From an uncultured delta proteobacterium (GTDB lineage: Bacteria > Desulfobacterota > Desulfobacteria > Desulfobacterales > Desulfosalsimonadaceae), in NCBI GenBank assembly GCA_963826785.1, contig CAWGYD010000003.1, positions 256,001 through 320,000 on the forward strand: DNA of 64,000 bases, written 5' to 3'. Made by a program: the position numbers and the translations under genes. Within the stretch, counting starts at the first letter, position 1. Each line of letters begins with the position of its first letter. This document shows, piece after piece, positions 22,787 to 32,946 of the stretch. Under the pieces are notes generated by a model that saw only the letters and a program-made list of their open reading frames with translations, ran no database searches and was not told the DNA's origin.

Positions 22787-23554
22787 ATGCCGCACCGCAA
22801 GATCATCCTGTTCACCGCCCTTTTCGCCATCGCACTGACTGCTGTGGTTCACGCCGATATCGTCATCTTGAAATCCGGACGGGTCATCCCTGACGTCAAG
22901 GTCACCGAAGACGGCGCGGCCTATTACCTGGAAGGAAAAGATCAGTCGTATTTCATCAACAGGGAAGCCGTTGAATCCATCGCCCGGACTCAAAAGCCGG
23001 GTGCGGCACGCACGCTTCCGGAAAAGGCCATGGCGTATGCCAGATCCATTCCCGGCCGGGCAGCGCGGTTTTACCGGGACTATTTCGCCGTGGCCGCAGC
23101 CGCCGGCATCCTCCTGCTCCTGCTGATCGCGCTGCTTGTTTTCAAATTCATCTGGATCAACATGAAGCCGGTGATCAAGGCCAATTTCCGGCGCGCCGGG
23201 ATTGTCTCCGCCGCCAGGCACCTGGATGCGGATGAAAAAGCGGTCATGCGGGAATTTTTTCTCCAGCAGTCCAATTCCATCGAGCTTCCCGTGAGCGACA
23301 CGGCGGTGGCCGGCCTGATTGAAAAGGGGGTCCTTATCCCCACCCGGGAAAAAGGGGAATATTCGGCCTGCGGGCTGATGCTGCCCGTGATCATCTCCCC
23401 TGCTGCCAGAAGGCACATCAAGGCGGGAAAAATCGGCATGCCGTCCAGCATGAAAAATGAAAAAAAACGAGAAGCCGTCCTCACTTCCCGCCCGGAATTC
23501 ATCTACGAACTGGCCCGGTTCTACAAAACCCTGGACCAGAAACCCCGCTGGTAA
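22787..23554 (+). CDS. Membrane protein: signal peptide, small periplasmic domain, TM and a SieB-like (superinfection exclusion B) C-terminal domain
   Basis: Signal peptide ends AVVHA-D. LDADEKAVMREFFLQQSNSIELPVSDTAVAGLIEKGVL resembles the SieB family as I recall it. Confidence 0.55.
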   Translation: MPHRKIILFTALFAIALTAVVHADIVILKSGRVIPDVKVTEDGAAYYLEGKDQSYFINREAVESIARTQKPGAARTLPEKAMAYARSIPGRAARFYRDYFAVAAAAGILLLLLIALLVFKFIWINMKPVIKANFRRAGIVSAARHLDADEKAVMREFFLQQSNSIELPVSDTAVAGLIEKGVLIPTREKGEYSACGLMLPVIISPAARRHIKAGKIGMPSSMKNEKKREAVLTSRPEFIYELARFYKTLDQKPRW

Positions 23555-23566
23555 ACGTGTCAGCGC

Positions 23567-23607
23567 AAAAAAACCCGGCCGGGCGAATTTTTCCGGGCCG
23601 GGTTTTG
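23567..23607. terminator. Bidirectional intrinsic terminator
   Basis: AAAAAAACCCGGCC...GGCCGGGTTTT between convergent genes. Confidence 0.75.
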
Positions 23608-23677
23608 CCTTAACGTAAATGGTGGCTGCACAAAAACCGTTTTTGTTTAACCACTGATAGCAAAAGTTATATTTTAA

Positions 23678-24031
23678 TTAATGCCTTTCGGCCGACTCGA
23701 TGATCGCTTCGCGGGCGCCTTCGGCCGATCCTTTACCCGCCATCCATAACCGGCTGCTCTTCTTTCCCAGCTGTTTTCCGGTTGATTTCACGTCGCCGAA
23801 AAAGGAGTTGGTCCGCTTTGCAAGGTCCTTGCGGATTTTCTTGCCTTTGTCCGGCGCCAGAAGCATCCCCGTGGCGATGCCCGCGGCAATGCCCGCGCTC
23901 AGCCCGATGGCCAGGTTGCGGTTTCCCACCCGGCTCATCAATTTTTTCCGCCTCCGACCCACGGGCATGCGGGCGACTGCATTCTTGAAGGCATGACCAA
24001 TTTTCTGCGATCTATCATATCTTGACAGCAT
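23678..24031 (-). CDS. YtxH-domain general stress protein
   Basis: GIAAGIATGMLLAPDKGKKIRKDL; SD aaggag before ATG 24031. Confidence 0.75.
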   Translation of the reverse strand: MLSRYDRSQKIGHAFKNAVARMPVGRRRKKLMSRVGNRNLAIGLSAGIAAGIATGMLLAPDKGKKIRKDLAKRTNSFFGDVKSTGKQLGKKSSRLWMAGKGSAEGAREAIIESAERH

Positions 24032-24314
24032 ATCCACACTCCTTTTCATTTGTTGAGTTGTTGGTGCTTTTTTTCTTCCCGTGACTGAATATACCATGAC
24101 AATCCCGCCGCCATTCGTAAATCAATGGTACCCCGTATTTTCGGCCCATGTTTCATGTATTTGCGTCGCGCATCCGGCAGATGCATCGAAATGATAAATC
24201 CGGGGAGGTGGCATCGGTCGGATTCAATGTTATATTGATAGCAGGAATAAAGCGGCCCGGCAGGCGTTGTGAAACGCCGGCGAATTCAAAGAACAACTAT
24301 ATGGAATAAAGCAC

Positions 24315-25373
24315 ATGGAACTGCCCATCATTCCTCCTTTCCCGCCCATGGAAGCCCAACTGGTATCCACCATGCCCACCGGCAAGCAGTGGCTGTATGA
24401 GCCCAAGTGGGACGGATTCCGCTGCCTGATTTTCAGGGATGGCGATACGGTGGAGTTGCAGTCCAAGGCGGGCAAACCCCTGGGCCGCTATTTCCCGGAA
24501 ATCATCGAAGCTGTCAAAACCATCGATGCCGACGGGTTTGTCCTGGACGGCGAAATCGTGGTGCCGATCAAGGGGCTTTTTTCCTTCGACGATCTCCTCC
24601 AGCGGATTCACCCGGCGGAAAGCCGCATCAACCGCCTGGCGCGGGAATTTCCCGCCACCCTGATCCTGTTCGACCTGCTGGTGGACGCCGGCAGGGACAT
24701 CATCACCGACCTGCCGCTTTCCAAAAGACGAAAACGTCTGGAACAATTCGCCGAAAGGCATTTTGTCGACCGGAAGGAATTCACCCTGTCCGAGGCGACC
24801 CTGGATGGGGCTGCGGCCCGTAAATGGCTGGACTCATCGGGGATCAACCTGGACGGCATCATGGCCAAGCGGATGGATCTCCCCTACCGTTCGGGAGAAC
24901 GCGACGCGATGAAAAAAATCAAGAAGATGCGCACCGCAGACTGCGTGGTGGGCGGGTTCCGCTACAGTGCCGCATCTTTTGAGGCAGATCAGCTGGTGGA
25001 AAAAAGTCGGCGGCAGGTGGGATCACTGCTGCTGGGCCTCTATGACGACCAGGGGCGGCTGCATCACGTGGGATTCTGCTCCGGCCTGACCGATGTGGAA
25101 CGAAAAAGCCTGGTGGATCAGCTGGAACCCCTCATCGATCCGCCCGGATTCACCGGCCGCGCGCCGGGCGGCCCCAGCCGCTGGAACACCGAACGCACAG
25201 ACCAATGGGAGCCGCTTTCGCCCCAGATGGTGGTGGAAGTTCAGTGGGATCACTTCACCGGCGGCCGGTTCCGCCATGGCACCCGCCTTTTGCGCTGGCG
25301 CCCGGACAAGCCCCCCGCACAGTGCACCTTGGACCAGGTGGAAAAAACCACCCCCAATATCCCGCCGTCCTGA
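24315..25373 (+). CDS. ligC: ATP-dependent DNA ligase, LigC-like (ligase core only)
   Basis: YEPKWDGFR, LDGEIV, FDLL, DGIMAKR, KIK..RTADCVVGG, GGPSRW, RFRHG...RWRPDK. Confidence 0.88.
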   Translation: MELPIIPPFPPMEAQLVSTMPTGKQWLYEPKWDGFRCLIFRDGDTVELQSKAGKPLGRYFPEIIEAVKTIDADGFVLDGEIVVPIKGLFSFDDLLQRIHPAESRINRLAREFPATLILFDLLVDAGRDIITDLPLSKRRKRLEQFAERHFVDRKEFTLSEATLDGAAARKWLDSSGINLDGIMAKRMDLPYRSGERDAMKKIKKMRTADCVVGGFRYSAASFEADQLVEKSRRQVGSLLLGLYDDQGRLHHVGFCSGLTDVERKSLVDQLEPLIDPPGFTGRAPGGPSRWNTERTDQWEPLSPQMVVEVQWDHFTGGRFRHGTRLLRWRPDKPPAQCTLDQVEKTTPNIPPS

Positions 25374-25597
25374 AGTGCATCAATTTCGATTTCACAATTG
25401 ACAATTGACCATGAAATTGATTTTCTGAATGATCGGAAAAATTAAATGAATCCCGCTTTACAGTCAATATCGGCGGCGGCCGGGGTCCGGAAAGCGGAGA
25501 CATTATGGGGACGCTAAACTGATATTTGCAGTTTAGGATGCGCTGATGTATACTCGCATTTTCGTCACCTGGCATGAACGCTCCTGAAAGTGCTTGA

Positions 25598-26850
25598 ATG
25601 AAAACACCCGGACAACCACCCGAAACCGCCCGCCGCTGCGCTCCCGAAAGCGCAAAAACCATTTGCTTCGACCGCATGGAATTTGCGGGTTCCTTAGGCG
25701 ACCTGGGAACCCTGCTGCCGCTCTCCATCGGCATCATTCTCATCTGCGGGTTGAACCCCATGGCCATATTCTGGGCCATCGGCATCTACTATATCCTCTC
25801 GGGCCTGTATTTCAAGGTGACCGCGCCGGTGGAGCCCATGAAGGTGATCGCCGGCTATGCCATCGCCACCGGCCTCACCGCCGCCCAGATCCAGGCGTCG
25901 AGCCTGCTGTTATTCGTCTTTCTCATCCTCATCGGCGCCACCGGCATCATTACCCTGATCGGCCGCTACATTCCCACGCCCGTGGTTCGGGGGGTGCAGC
26001 TCTCCACCGGCCTGCTCCTGATCTCCCAGGGAGTCAAACTGATGCTGGGGGCAACGCCAGTTCCAGACCCTTCGCCGGGCGGCCGAGCCGTTTCTGCACC
26101 TTCAGCACATCGGTCCGGTCCCGGTGGGACTGGTGATCGGCATCGGGCTGGGGATCCTCACCCTGCTGCTGCTGGAAAACCGCCGCCTCCCCGCCGCCCT
26201 GGTGGTGGTGGGCGCAGGCCTGCTCATCGGCCTTGCGGCCGGCACCGGAGAGGGCATGGACGGGCTGAAAATCGGCCTGAACCTGCCCCGCCTGCTTCCC
26301 TACGGCCTGCCTAGGCAGCACGGATTTCACCTTCGCACTGCTGGTGCTGGTCCTCCCCCAGATCCCCATGACCATCGGAAACGCCGTGATCGCCAATGCG
26401 GACCTGTCGCGCCAGTATTTTGCCGAGCAGGGCAAAAGAGTGACCTACAAAAGCCTGTGCGTCTCCATGGCCCTGGCCAACCTGGGCAGCTTCCTCATCG
26501 GCGGCATCCCCATGTGCCACGGCGCAGGCGGCCTGGCTTCACGCTACCGCTTCGGCGCCCGCACCGCCGGTTCCAACCTGATCATCGGATCCATATTCGT
26601 GGCCCTGGCCCTGTTTCTGGGCCCCTATGCGCTCTCCATCATCTACCTTCTCCCCATGTCCGCCCTGGGCGTCCTGCTCATCTTTGCCGGCGCGCAGCTG
26701 GCACTCACCCTGCTGGACATGAAAACCCGCAAGGATCTTTTCGTCCCCCTGCTCATCGCCAGCATCACCCTGGCGTCCAACCTGGCCGCCGGGTTCCTCA
26801 CCGGAATCGCCGTCGCCTGGCTGCTCAAGTCAGACCGACTCAATGTCTGA
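25598..26850 (+). CDS. Molybdate/sulfate transporter (MOT1-like), split into three frames
   Basis: EFAGSLGDLGT, PVEPMK, VVRGVQL, LPQIPMTIGNAVI, PMCHGAGGLA..YRFGART. Confidence 0.82.
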
Positions 26851-27060
26851 ATGGATAATTATCCGCCCCGGACCTGCCATATTGCAGTGTCAGCAGCGCT
26901 CCCGCCTGGTTTATCGGCTCACCGGATTTGAAATCGGATTGGCGCCCGTCAAAAACGCGTGAATATGCGGCCGGTATTTGCGCAATGGATCACCGGGCGT
27001 ATATTTTGTTCACGCTACTCTTGAAGTGATTTCTTCGACCCAGGCGACATATCAAAAGCG

Positions 27061-27795
27061 ATGAACAGACAATATTATTTCATCAGACATGCACTGCCCG
27101 TAAACGATGCGGGGTCTTTTCACATCAGTGTTTTTGACCGGGACATGATGGGGGAAGTGGATGAAGGATTGTCTGAAAAGGGAAAGCGGCAGGCCGCGGT
27201 GCTCACGCCAATGATACAGGAAAGCGGGGCCGAACGGCTGGTTTCGAGCACGCGGAAACGGGCGATCGAAACGGCTGAAATCATCTCAGAGGGATCCGGC
27301 CTGCATTATCAGGGCCGCTTGCCCAGCCTGGTCGAAATCAACCTGGGCAGTTACCCGGTGAACAAAAACCTCCTGTTTCGGTTCATGATGTCAACCGCAT
27401 GGCCCCGGTTCATGAGAGGGGCGCTGGACCGGATCATGGCCGACGGCCTTACGTTTCACTATTTCATCCAATGGCAGCGGGGCAAAACCCAGGGCGCAGA
27501 TACGATCACCGCGATTAACGAAAGAATCGATGACGGCCTGAAGGTGCTGGATTCACTTCCCCAGGAGCGGATCGCCGTGGTTGGGCATGCAGGCTGGATA
27601 ACCTTCATGGCAATCCGGATCAGGGCGGAATCGATGCTCCGGCTGGCCCGGATTTTCCGGGTGGGCAACTGCTCCGTGACCCGTGTGGATGCGGACGGAA
27701 CCGGCGGATACCGCCTGCGATATTTTGCCAAAAACGCCTTGAAAGCGGAAAAAAAAGCCCGGTCCGTCTCTGATGGACTCGCCATCAGCGATTAG
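27061..27795 (+). CDS. Histidine phosphatase family protein
   Basis: FIRHA, LSEKGKRQA, SSTRKRAIETA, VVGHAG, NCSVT. Confidence 0.82.
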   Translation: MNRQYYFIRHALPVNDAGSFHISVFDRDMMGEVDEGLSEKGKRQAAVLTPMIQESGAERLVSSTRKRAIETAEIISEGSGLHYQGRLPSLVEINLGSYPVNKNLLFRFMMSTAWPRFMRGALDRIMADGLTFHYFIQWQRGKTQGADTITAINERIDDGLKVLDSLPQERIAVVGHAGWITFMAIRIRAESMLRLARIFRVGNCSVTRVDADGTGGYRLRYFAKNALKAEKKARSVSDGLAISD

Positions 27796-27867
27796 CGGAT
27801 CATCTGGGTAATCCGCAAAAACTGAAGTTGAATCGGGCGCCCGCCCTGCCCGGAAAACTGTCAACCC

Positions 27868-28785
27868 ATGCGCATCGGATATCCCTGCATCAACCGCTCC
27901 ATCGGATGTTCGGCCAACCGGACCTTCCGGCTGGCCAATTTTTCCGAAAAGCGGCTCATTGAGACGGCGGCCGGCAATGTCGAATGCCTGGAACGGATCC
28001 TGGCCCAAAACGTTGAAAAGGGGCTGCTGTTCCACCGGATATCCTCGGACATCATTCCCTTTGCCTCCCACCCGGTCTGCACGGTGAACTGGCAGCATCG
28101 TTTTTCCTCCGACTTTTCCCGGCTGGGGCGGTTTGTCCGCAGGCACCGGATGCGCATCTCCATGCACCCGGACCAGTTCACGCTCATCAATTCGACGGAC
28201 CGGGAGGTATTTGAACGAAGCGTTCGGGAGCTGGCATACCATGCCGATATACTCGACCGGATGGACCTGGACGGGCGCGCCCGCATCCAGATCCATGTGG
28301 GCGGCATCTACGGGGACAAGGATGCGGCCATGGCCCGGTTCATCCGGCGATTTGAAGAGCTGGACGGGCGCATCCGCCAACGGCTGGCCATCGAAAATGA
28401 CGACCGGCTCTACACCTTTTCCGATTGCGTCAAAATCTGGGAACGGATCGGAATTCCGGTCATATTCGACAATCTTCATCATGCGGTGAATTCCTCCGGC
28501 GAAGGGCTGGCCGAGGTTTTTGGGCGCCTTGTTCAAATCTGGACGCCGGAAACCGGCATCCCCATGACCGACTACAGCGATGCGGTTTCCGGCGGCCGGG
28601 CCGGCCGGCATGCCGAACACATCGATGCGGCGGCGTTTTCCCGCTACCTGGCGGACACCGAAGGATTTGATTTTGACATCATGCTGGAATTAAAGGACAA
28701 GGAAAGAAGCGCGGCCGAAGCCGTCCGGATTGCAGGAAAAGACGCGCGGTTCATCAGCACAGGCGGCCCGAGAAAGGCGCCATGA
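27868..28785 (+). CDS. uvsE: UV DNA damage endonuclease
   Basis: MRIGYPCIN, RISSD, RISMHPDQF, QIHVGG.YG, LAIENDD, FDNLHH, DIMLELKDKE. Confidence 0.93.
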   Translation: MRIGYPCINRSIGCSANRTFRLANFSEKRLIETAAGNVECLERILAQNVEKGLLFHRISSDIIPFASHPVCTVNWQHRFSSDFSRLGRFVRRHRMRISMHPDQFTLINSTDREVFERSVRELAYHADILDRMDLDGRARIQIHVGGIYGDKDAAMARFIRRFEELDGRIRQRLAIENDDRLYTFSDCVKIWERIGIPVIFDNLHHAVNSSGEGLAEVFGRLVQIWTPETGIPMTDYSDAVSGGRAGRHAEHIDAAAFSRYLADTEGFDFDIMLELKDKERSAAEAVRIAGKDARFISTGGPRKAP

Positions 28786-28963
28786 AGCAAAATCGCCATG
28801 CACCGCACAATCCGGGGGAGCGTGCTGATTACAAAATATGGAAACCCCGGAAACCATCGGCAGCCCGCTCTAAAAAGAGCCCGAGGTTCCGGGGCCGCCA
28901 ATGCCGGGGTCCGACTTCGTCCGTTTTCAAAAGGAATCTAAAAACAGCCAATTGGGCAAAAGA

Positions 28964-29188
28964 TCAGGCTTTTCGGGCATTGTAGCAGCTTCGTTCAACA
29001 TAACTGCTGCTGGCCTCATCGAATACCGCATCTTTTTCATGCACCAGCTGCGGGGTGTTTCCCCAGTTGCCGCACGCCAGAACCACCGGTTCGCCCAGGG
29101 TAAAATTCTGTCCGCAGGCCGGGCAGTGGGGCGTCGTGCTGAGCCTTTCCCGGCTCATGATTGTTTTAAGGCCTTCTCGTCTGTTCAT
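28964..29188 (-). CDS. Small Cys-containing hypothetical protein
   Basis: SD aggag; CPAC...C...C pattern; 74 aa. Confidence 0.6.
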   Translation of the reverse strand: MNRREGLKTIMSRERLSTTPHCPACGQNFTLGEPVVLACGNWGNTPQLVHEKDAVFDEASSSYVERSCYNARKA

Positions 29189-29319
29189 AAGAATTGCTCC
29201 TTTCTCCCATCACGATGGGTCTACCCACAGGGATGAACTGGACTTCTATGATAAAGGTAAGCGCAAAAGCCCCGAATATCAAGGGAAGAAGGTTTTAGCC
29301 CGAAGGTGCGCTTTTTCGT

Positions 29320-30210
29320 TCAGGGGCGCTCGCCGGCTGTGCCGCCCGATTTCTGGGGCGGAAGCGCGCCGGGCCGGATCTTTTTCCAGCGCTCGCCCAC
29401 CGGGCAGGCCCGCATGCACTCGATGCAGTTGTCCACGTCCGTGATATAGGTCTGACCGCTTTCCACCAGCAGATCCCTTTTTTTAAAATGCGTGCGCAGC
29501 ATCCGGATAAATGCGGGCAGTTCACGCAACCGTGATGGGGGCAGCCGCTTGAAGCCATACGACCAGTAGACGAAGCAGGGATCTACGTCATAGCCGCCCT
29601 GGGTCAGGGCGCCGGAGGGGCAGGCCTTTATGCACCGGCCGCATCCCTTGCAGAGATCGAGTTCGCGGGGTGCATCGGGGCTGAGCGGCGCTTCCGTGAC
29701 AATGGCGCAAAGGCGCTGGTGCGGGCCAAATTCCGGGGTGAGGAGCAGATTGTTTTTCCCGATCTCCCCCAGCCCGCAGCTCATTGCCGCATGCTTGAGC
29801 GAGAGAAACCCCAGCACCCGGGTCTGGCGGAATTTTTTGCCGGTCACGGGATTGATTTTAAAAATTTCAACCGGCTTGTCCGCTGAAATCGGAAGCGTCA
29901 AAAACCCTTTTTGCTCCAGCATCCGCCCGATTTTTTCCGCTGTTTCGTCCAGCAGCCGGGAGGTTTGCATCTTGCTGCGGGTCCACAGCATGATGTCGGG
30001 TGAATAAACCGCTCCCAGCGAATGGGCCACCGCCATGACGATCACGCTTTTCGCCGTCGGCATGAGCGCCGTGGCCGGCCGGGGGGGATACGCCAGGATC
30101 AGGTTTTTCGCATCGGCAATTCCCACCAGGTCGATGCCCTGGGCCATGATCATTTCTTTAATGACCGCCGCATCGCTCTCTTCGCTTTTTCCGAATGGCA
30201 AATTATTCAT
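29320..30210 (-). CDS. Epoxyqueuosine-reductase-like (QueG-like) 2x[4Fe-4S] protein
   Basis: GIDLVGIA, SLKHAA..CGLGEIGKN.LL.TPEFGP, CKGCGRCIKACP, CIECMRACP. Confidence 0.75.
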   Translation of the reverse strand: MNNLPFGKSEESDAAVIKEMIMAQGIDLVGIADAKNLILAYPPRPATALMPTAKSVIVMAVAHSLGAVYSPDIMLWTRSKMQTSRLLDETAEKIGRMLEQKGFLTLPISADKPVEIFKINPVTGKKFRQTRVLGFLSLKHAAMSCGLGEIGKNNLLLTPEFGPHQRLCAIVTEAPLSPDAPRELDLCKGCGRCIKACPSGALTQGGYDVDPCFVYWSYGFKRLPPSRLRELPAFIRMLRTHFKKRDLLVESGQTYITDVDNCIECMRACPVGERWKKIRPGALPPQKSGGTAGERP

Positions 30211-30659
30211 TCCCGATTTCTCCTCAATAATTTCCGAATTCCGGATTCACACGCAACGCCCGTGGCGCAGGGTACCTATCGCTGATGAAGATGTGTAAAA
30301 ATGCTTATTGCCGTATCCGGTCGGGAAAAAATTTCAGGTTGACCACGAAACTACCCATCTTCTTCTCCTCACCTCAAAAAGGCAACCGGTTTTGTTTTAA
30401 CGATCGTAAAACATAGAGTCGAGTGGTTCTGTCAATGATCGGATACGGACAACGCTTCTGCCGTAGAATGGCGCAGCCTCTGAAAATCCATGATCACATC
30501 CGCATCTGCCGCTGATGCGCCTGTGATCATGGATTTGCGGGAAAACGCTTCCAATACAACAAAAATATATTCTCTTATCAAATAATTATATGCCAAGGCA
30601 ATGATCTGCCGCTAAAAATTTTGACAATAAGACAATCGAGATCATCCTGTTATAACATG

Positions 30660-30757
30660 AAATGGCCAAACCGGTCGTAAGGCCGGACGGAAAGCCACGG
30701 ATCTCGTCTTCACGTGTGGAATTTTTCAATCCCGTGGGAGAAAGCCGGGTTGCACTC
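30660..30757 (+). promoter_or_regulatory. Cyclic di-GMP-I (GEMM-I) riboswitch aptamer
   Basis: GGCCAAACCGGTC-GTAA-GGCCGGACGGAAAGCCACGGATCTC...GAGAAAGCCGGGTTGC matches the GEMM-I architecture (GNRA loop on P2, AAAGCC junction, AGCCGGGTTGC 3' strand). Confidence 0.85.
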
Positions 30758-30781
30758 TGTATGCGCAGCCCGGCTTTTTTT
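30743..30781 (+). terminator. Intrinsic terminator overlapping the riboswitch 3' strand (expression platform)
   Basis: AGCCGGGTTGC...GCAGCCCGGCT followed by a T-tract. Confidence 0.8.
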
Positions 30782-30838
30782 GCAGGCACGGCAAGCAATC
30801 CATTTAACGCATCACAATGATTAAAAAAGGAGGCAGTC

Positions 30839-31402
30839 ATGTTGCGAAAACTGATGTTGGCAGTGGTTTCTCTACTCTTGATGGTGCCCGCGGCGGTCGC
30901 GGAAAATATCTCCGGCGCGGAAATGCCGGATTTGATCCAGGCCGGCAACCAGGCCCTGCAGCTCAACGGCGCCGGGATGAGAACCAAGTTCTTTTTCAAG
31001 GTATATGCCGGCGGACTGTACCTGCAACAGGCCGGGCAGAGCGATTCGGCTGCAATCCTTTCCACGGATCAACCCATGGCCATACGGATGGTCTGGATGC
31101 GCGACGTGCCGGGGGATAAACTGATCGACGGTTGGAACAGCGGTTTTGCCCATTCCACCCAGGGCGCTGCCCAGTTCCTGCAGGGGGACATCGATAAATT
31201 CAATGCGGTTTTCAAGAACGGGGCAAAGAAAAACGAGGTGCATGATATCGTCTATGAGCCGGAAACCGGCATTACCATCTACAAAGACAGCCAGATGGTG
31301 GAACAGATCCCGGACAAGAATTTTAAAAATGCGGTGTTCGGCATCTGGCTGGGCGACAAAACCGAAGTTCCGGATCTCAGGGATAAGATGCTCGGAAAGT
31401 AG
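30839..31402 (+). CDS. Secreted chalcone-isomerase-like fold protein
   Basis: Signal peptide; LQLNGAGMRTKFFFKVYAGGLYL...F..AVFGIWLG...LRDKMLG. Confidence 0.85.
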   Translation: MLRKLMLAVVSLLLMVPAAVAENISGAEMPDLIQAGNQALQLNGAGMRTKFFFKVYAGGLYLQQAGQSDSAAILSTDQPMAIRMVWMRDVPGDKLIDGWNSGFAHSTQGAAQFLQGDIDKFNAVFKNGAKKNEVHDIVYEPETGITIYKDSQMVEQIPDKNFKNAVFGIWLGDKTEVPDLRDKMLGK

Positions 31403-31550
31403 ATTAAAAAAAATCCAAATCGATCGCCCAAGATGAAATGACCATCTTCTGTTTCTTGGTGGCCTGATGGGTTTGCGGGCAAGATTCTTTCGAAGAATTT
31501 AACTTGGCAAACAGATTAACGGACTTTATTTTCTGGTTATCCGCGAGTCC

Positions 31551-31775
31551 AACACCCCCCTTGGTCCCCCCTCAAGGGGGGAATTAAAAAAGGAGTCCCC
31601 CCTTGGAGGTGCTATTGAGGGAGGAATTAAAGCGGTCCGATACCCTATCAGTACCATACAAGGGGGGAATTTGATCGTAATTTCAAGTCCTAATCCCCCT
31701 TTGAGGGGGGAATTAAAGGGGGGTGTACCGGCGGCGGCCGTTAGGATTTAAAAACGCTTTACTGCAAAAACATCG
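31551..31775 (-). repeat. Composite REP-like element, copy 3 (inverted)
   Basis: The reverse complement reads GATGTTTTTGCAGTAAAG...TCCTAACGGCCGCC...ACACCCCCCTTTAATTCCCCCCTCAAAGGGGG. Confidence 0.85.
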
Positions 31776-31947
31776 CGCAGCGGGGTGGGGTCTTTCAAGG
31801 AAAAGAAGTGGCGCCGGATACAGGTGATCGGCAGATATTGGAATCGAGCAAAATCAGCCGATCACCTGCCCGGCGGCTCAACTAAAGCATCCATAGCGGA
31901 CCAGCGCCTGTCCCATCGGGTTTGCCCGGCCGCGGTCAAACAGCGTT

Positions 31948-32946
31948 TCAGCTGCTGTGGCGGATGGCATCGATGAGCTGATCCTTGTTCATGGTCGTCC
32001 GGCCCGCAATGTGAAGCTCCCTGGCCAGATCATAGAGTTCTTTTTTGTTCTTGTGCGCAAGCGATTCACCCGATTCCCGCACGCGGTCCGAACCATTGGC
32101 CGATTCGGGTACTTTTTCGTCTTCACTGCTTTCTTCCTCCTGCAGCGAGCGCTTGAGCACCGCCATCAGATCGATGACATTGCTCTGCTGCTCAGTCTCT
32201 TCCTGCCCGGCCGCAGCAGGCAAAGCGCCCTCGCCGGCCGCCTGCTTTTGCGCCACCAGCGTCTCCAGCCGCGCAGCTTCTTCATCGGCAAGCGCTTCCA
32301 TGTCCAGGCCATCGGATCGGGCGGCGCGGATGGCTTCAGTCATGGCCTTGAGCGTCTCTTCCGGCACATCGGCTTTAATGCATCGGCGAGCCCGACTTCC
32401 TCCACCGGGCGGATCTCTTCGGCAAATCGAAGGGTTTGCGGCCCGCAGGAGTCCATTTTCCGAAAGGATCGCCACCAGGTATTCCTTTCCCCGCATCACG
32501 AAAGTGGCGATGCCGGCGCGCCCGGTTTTTTCCATGGTTTCGGCCAGCAGCTTGTAAGGTTTTTTGGAGTCGCCCGTGGGCACCAGGAAGTAGGCCCGGT
32601 CGAACATGACCGGATCGATCCGGCCCGCCGGTACGAACAGGCGCAGGTCGATCTCCCGGCTCTTTTCCGGCTGCAGGGCGTCAAGCTCTTCGTCGGTGAC
32701 GGTGATGAACCGGCCCTTTTCGATTTCATATCCCCGGATGATTTCTTCCGGTGCAACGGGCCGGTCTTCTCTGGGACAATAATACCGGCGGGAAAGCGGG
32801 GTTCCGTCCGGAGCCAGCATCCGCAGCCGCACGCCCCGGGAGCGGCTTCCCGCCAGGAGCGCCACCGGTATGCTGACCAGTCCGAAGGTGATGCTGCCGG
32901 ACCAGAAGGCGCTGCGCTTGATCTGCCGGTCATGCGGTTCAGGCAT
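31948..32946 (-). CDS. ku: Ku protein with a C-terminal Rho-N-like extension
   Basis: FWSGSITFGLVSIPV, IIRGYE, IDPVMFDRAYFL, NVIDLMAVLKRSL, tail KKELYDLARELHIAGRTTMNKDQLIDAI. There is a short compensated frameshift at ~32380-32440. Confidence 0.9.
   Translation of the reverse strand: MPEPHDRQIKRSAFWSGSITFGLVSIPVALLAGSRSRGVRLRMLAPDGTPLSRRYYCPREDRPVAPEEIIRGYEIEKGRFITVTDEELDALQPEKSREIDLRLFVPAGRIDPVMFDRAYFLVPTGDSKKPYKLLAETMEKTGRAGIATFVMRGKEYLVAILSENGLLRAANPSICRRDPPGGGSRARRCIKADVPEETLKAMTEAIRAARSDGLDMEALADEEAARLETLVAQKQAAGEGALPAAAGQEETEQQSNVIDLMAVLKRSLQEEESSEDEKVPESANGSDRVRESGESLAHKNKKELYDLARELHIAGRTTMNKDQLIDAIRHSS

Noticed and set aside
29320..30210. Reductive dehalogenase
   Set aside because: No Tat signal, no rdhB-like anchor, and too short; QueG-like is the better fit.
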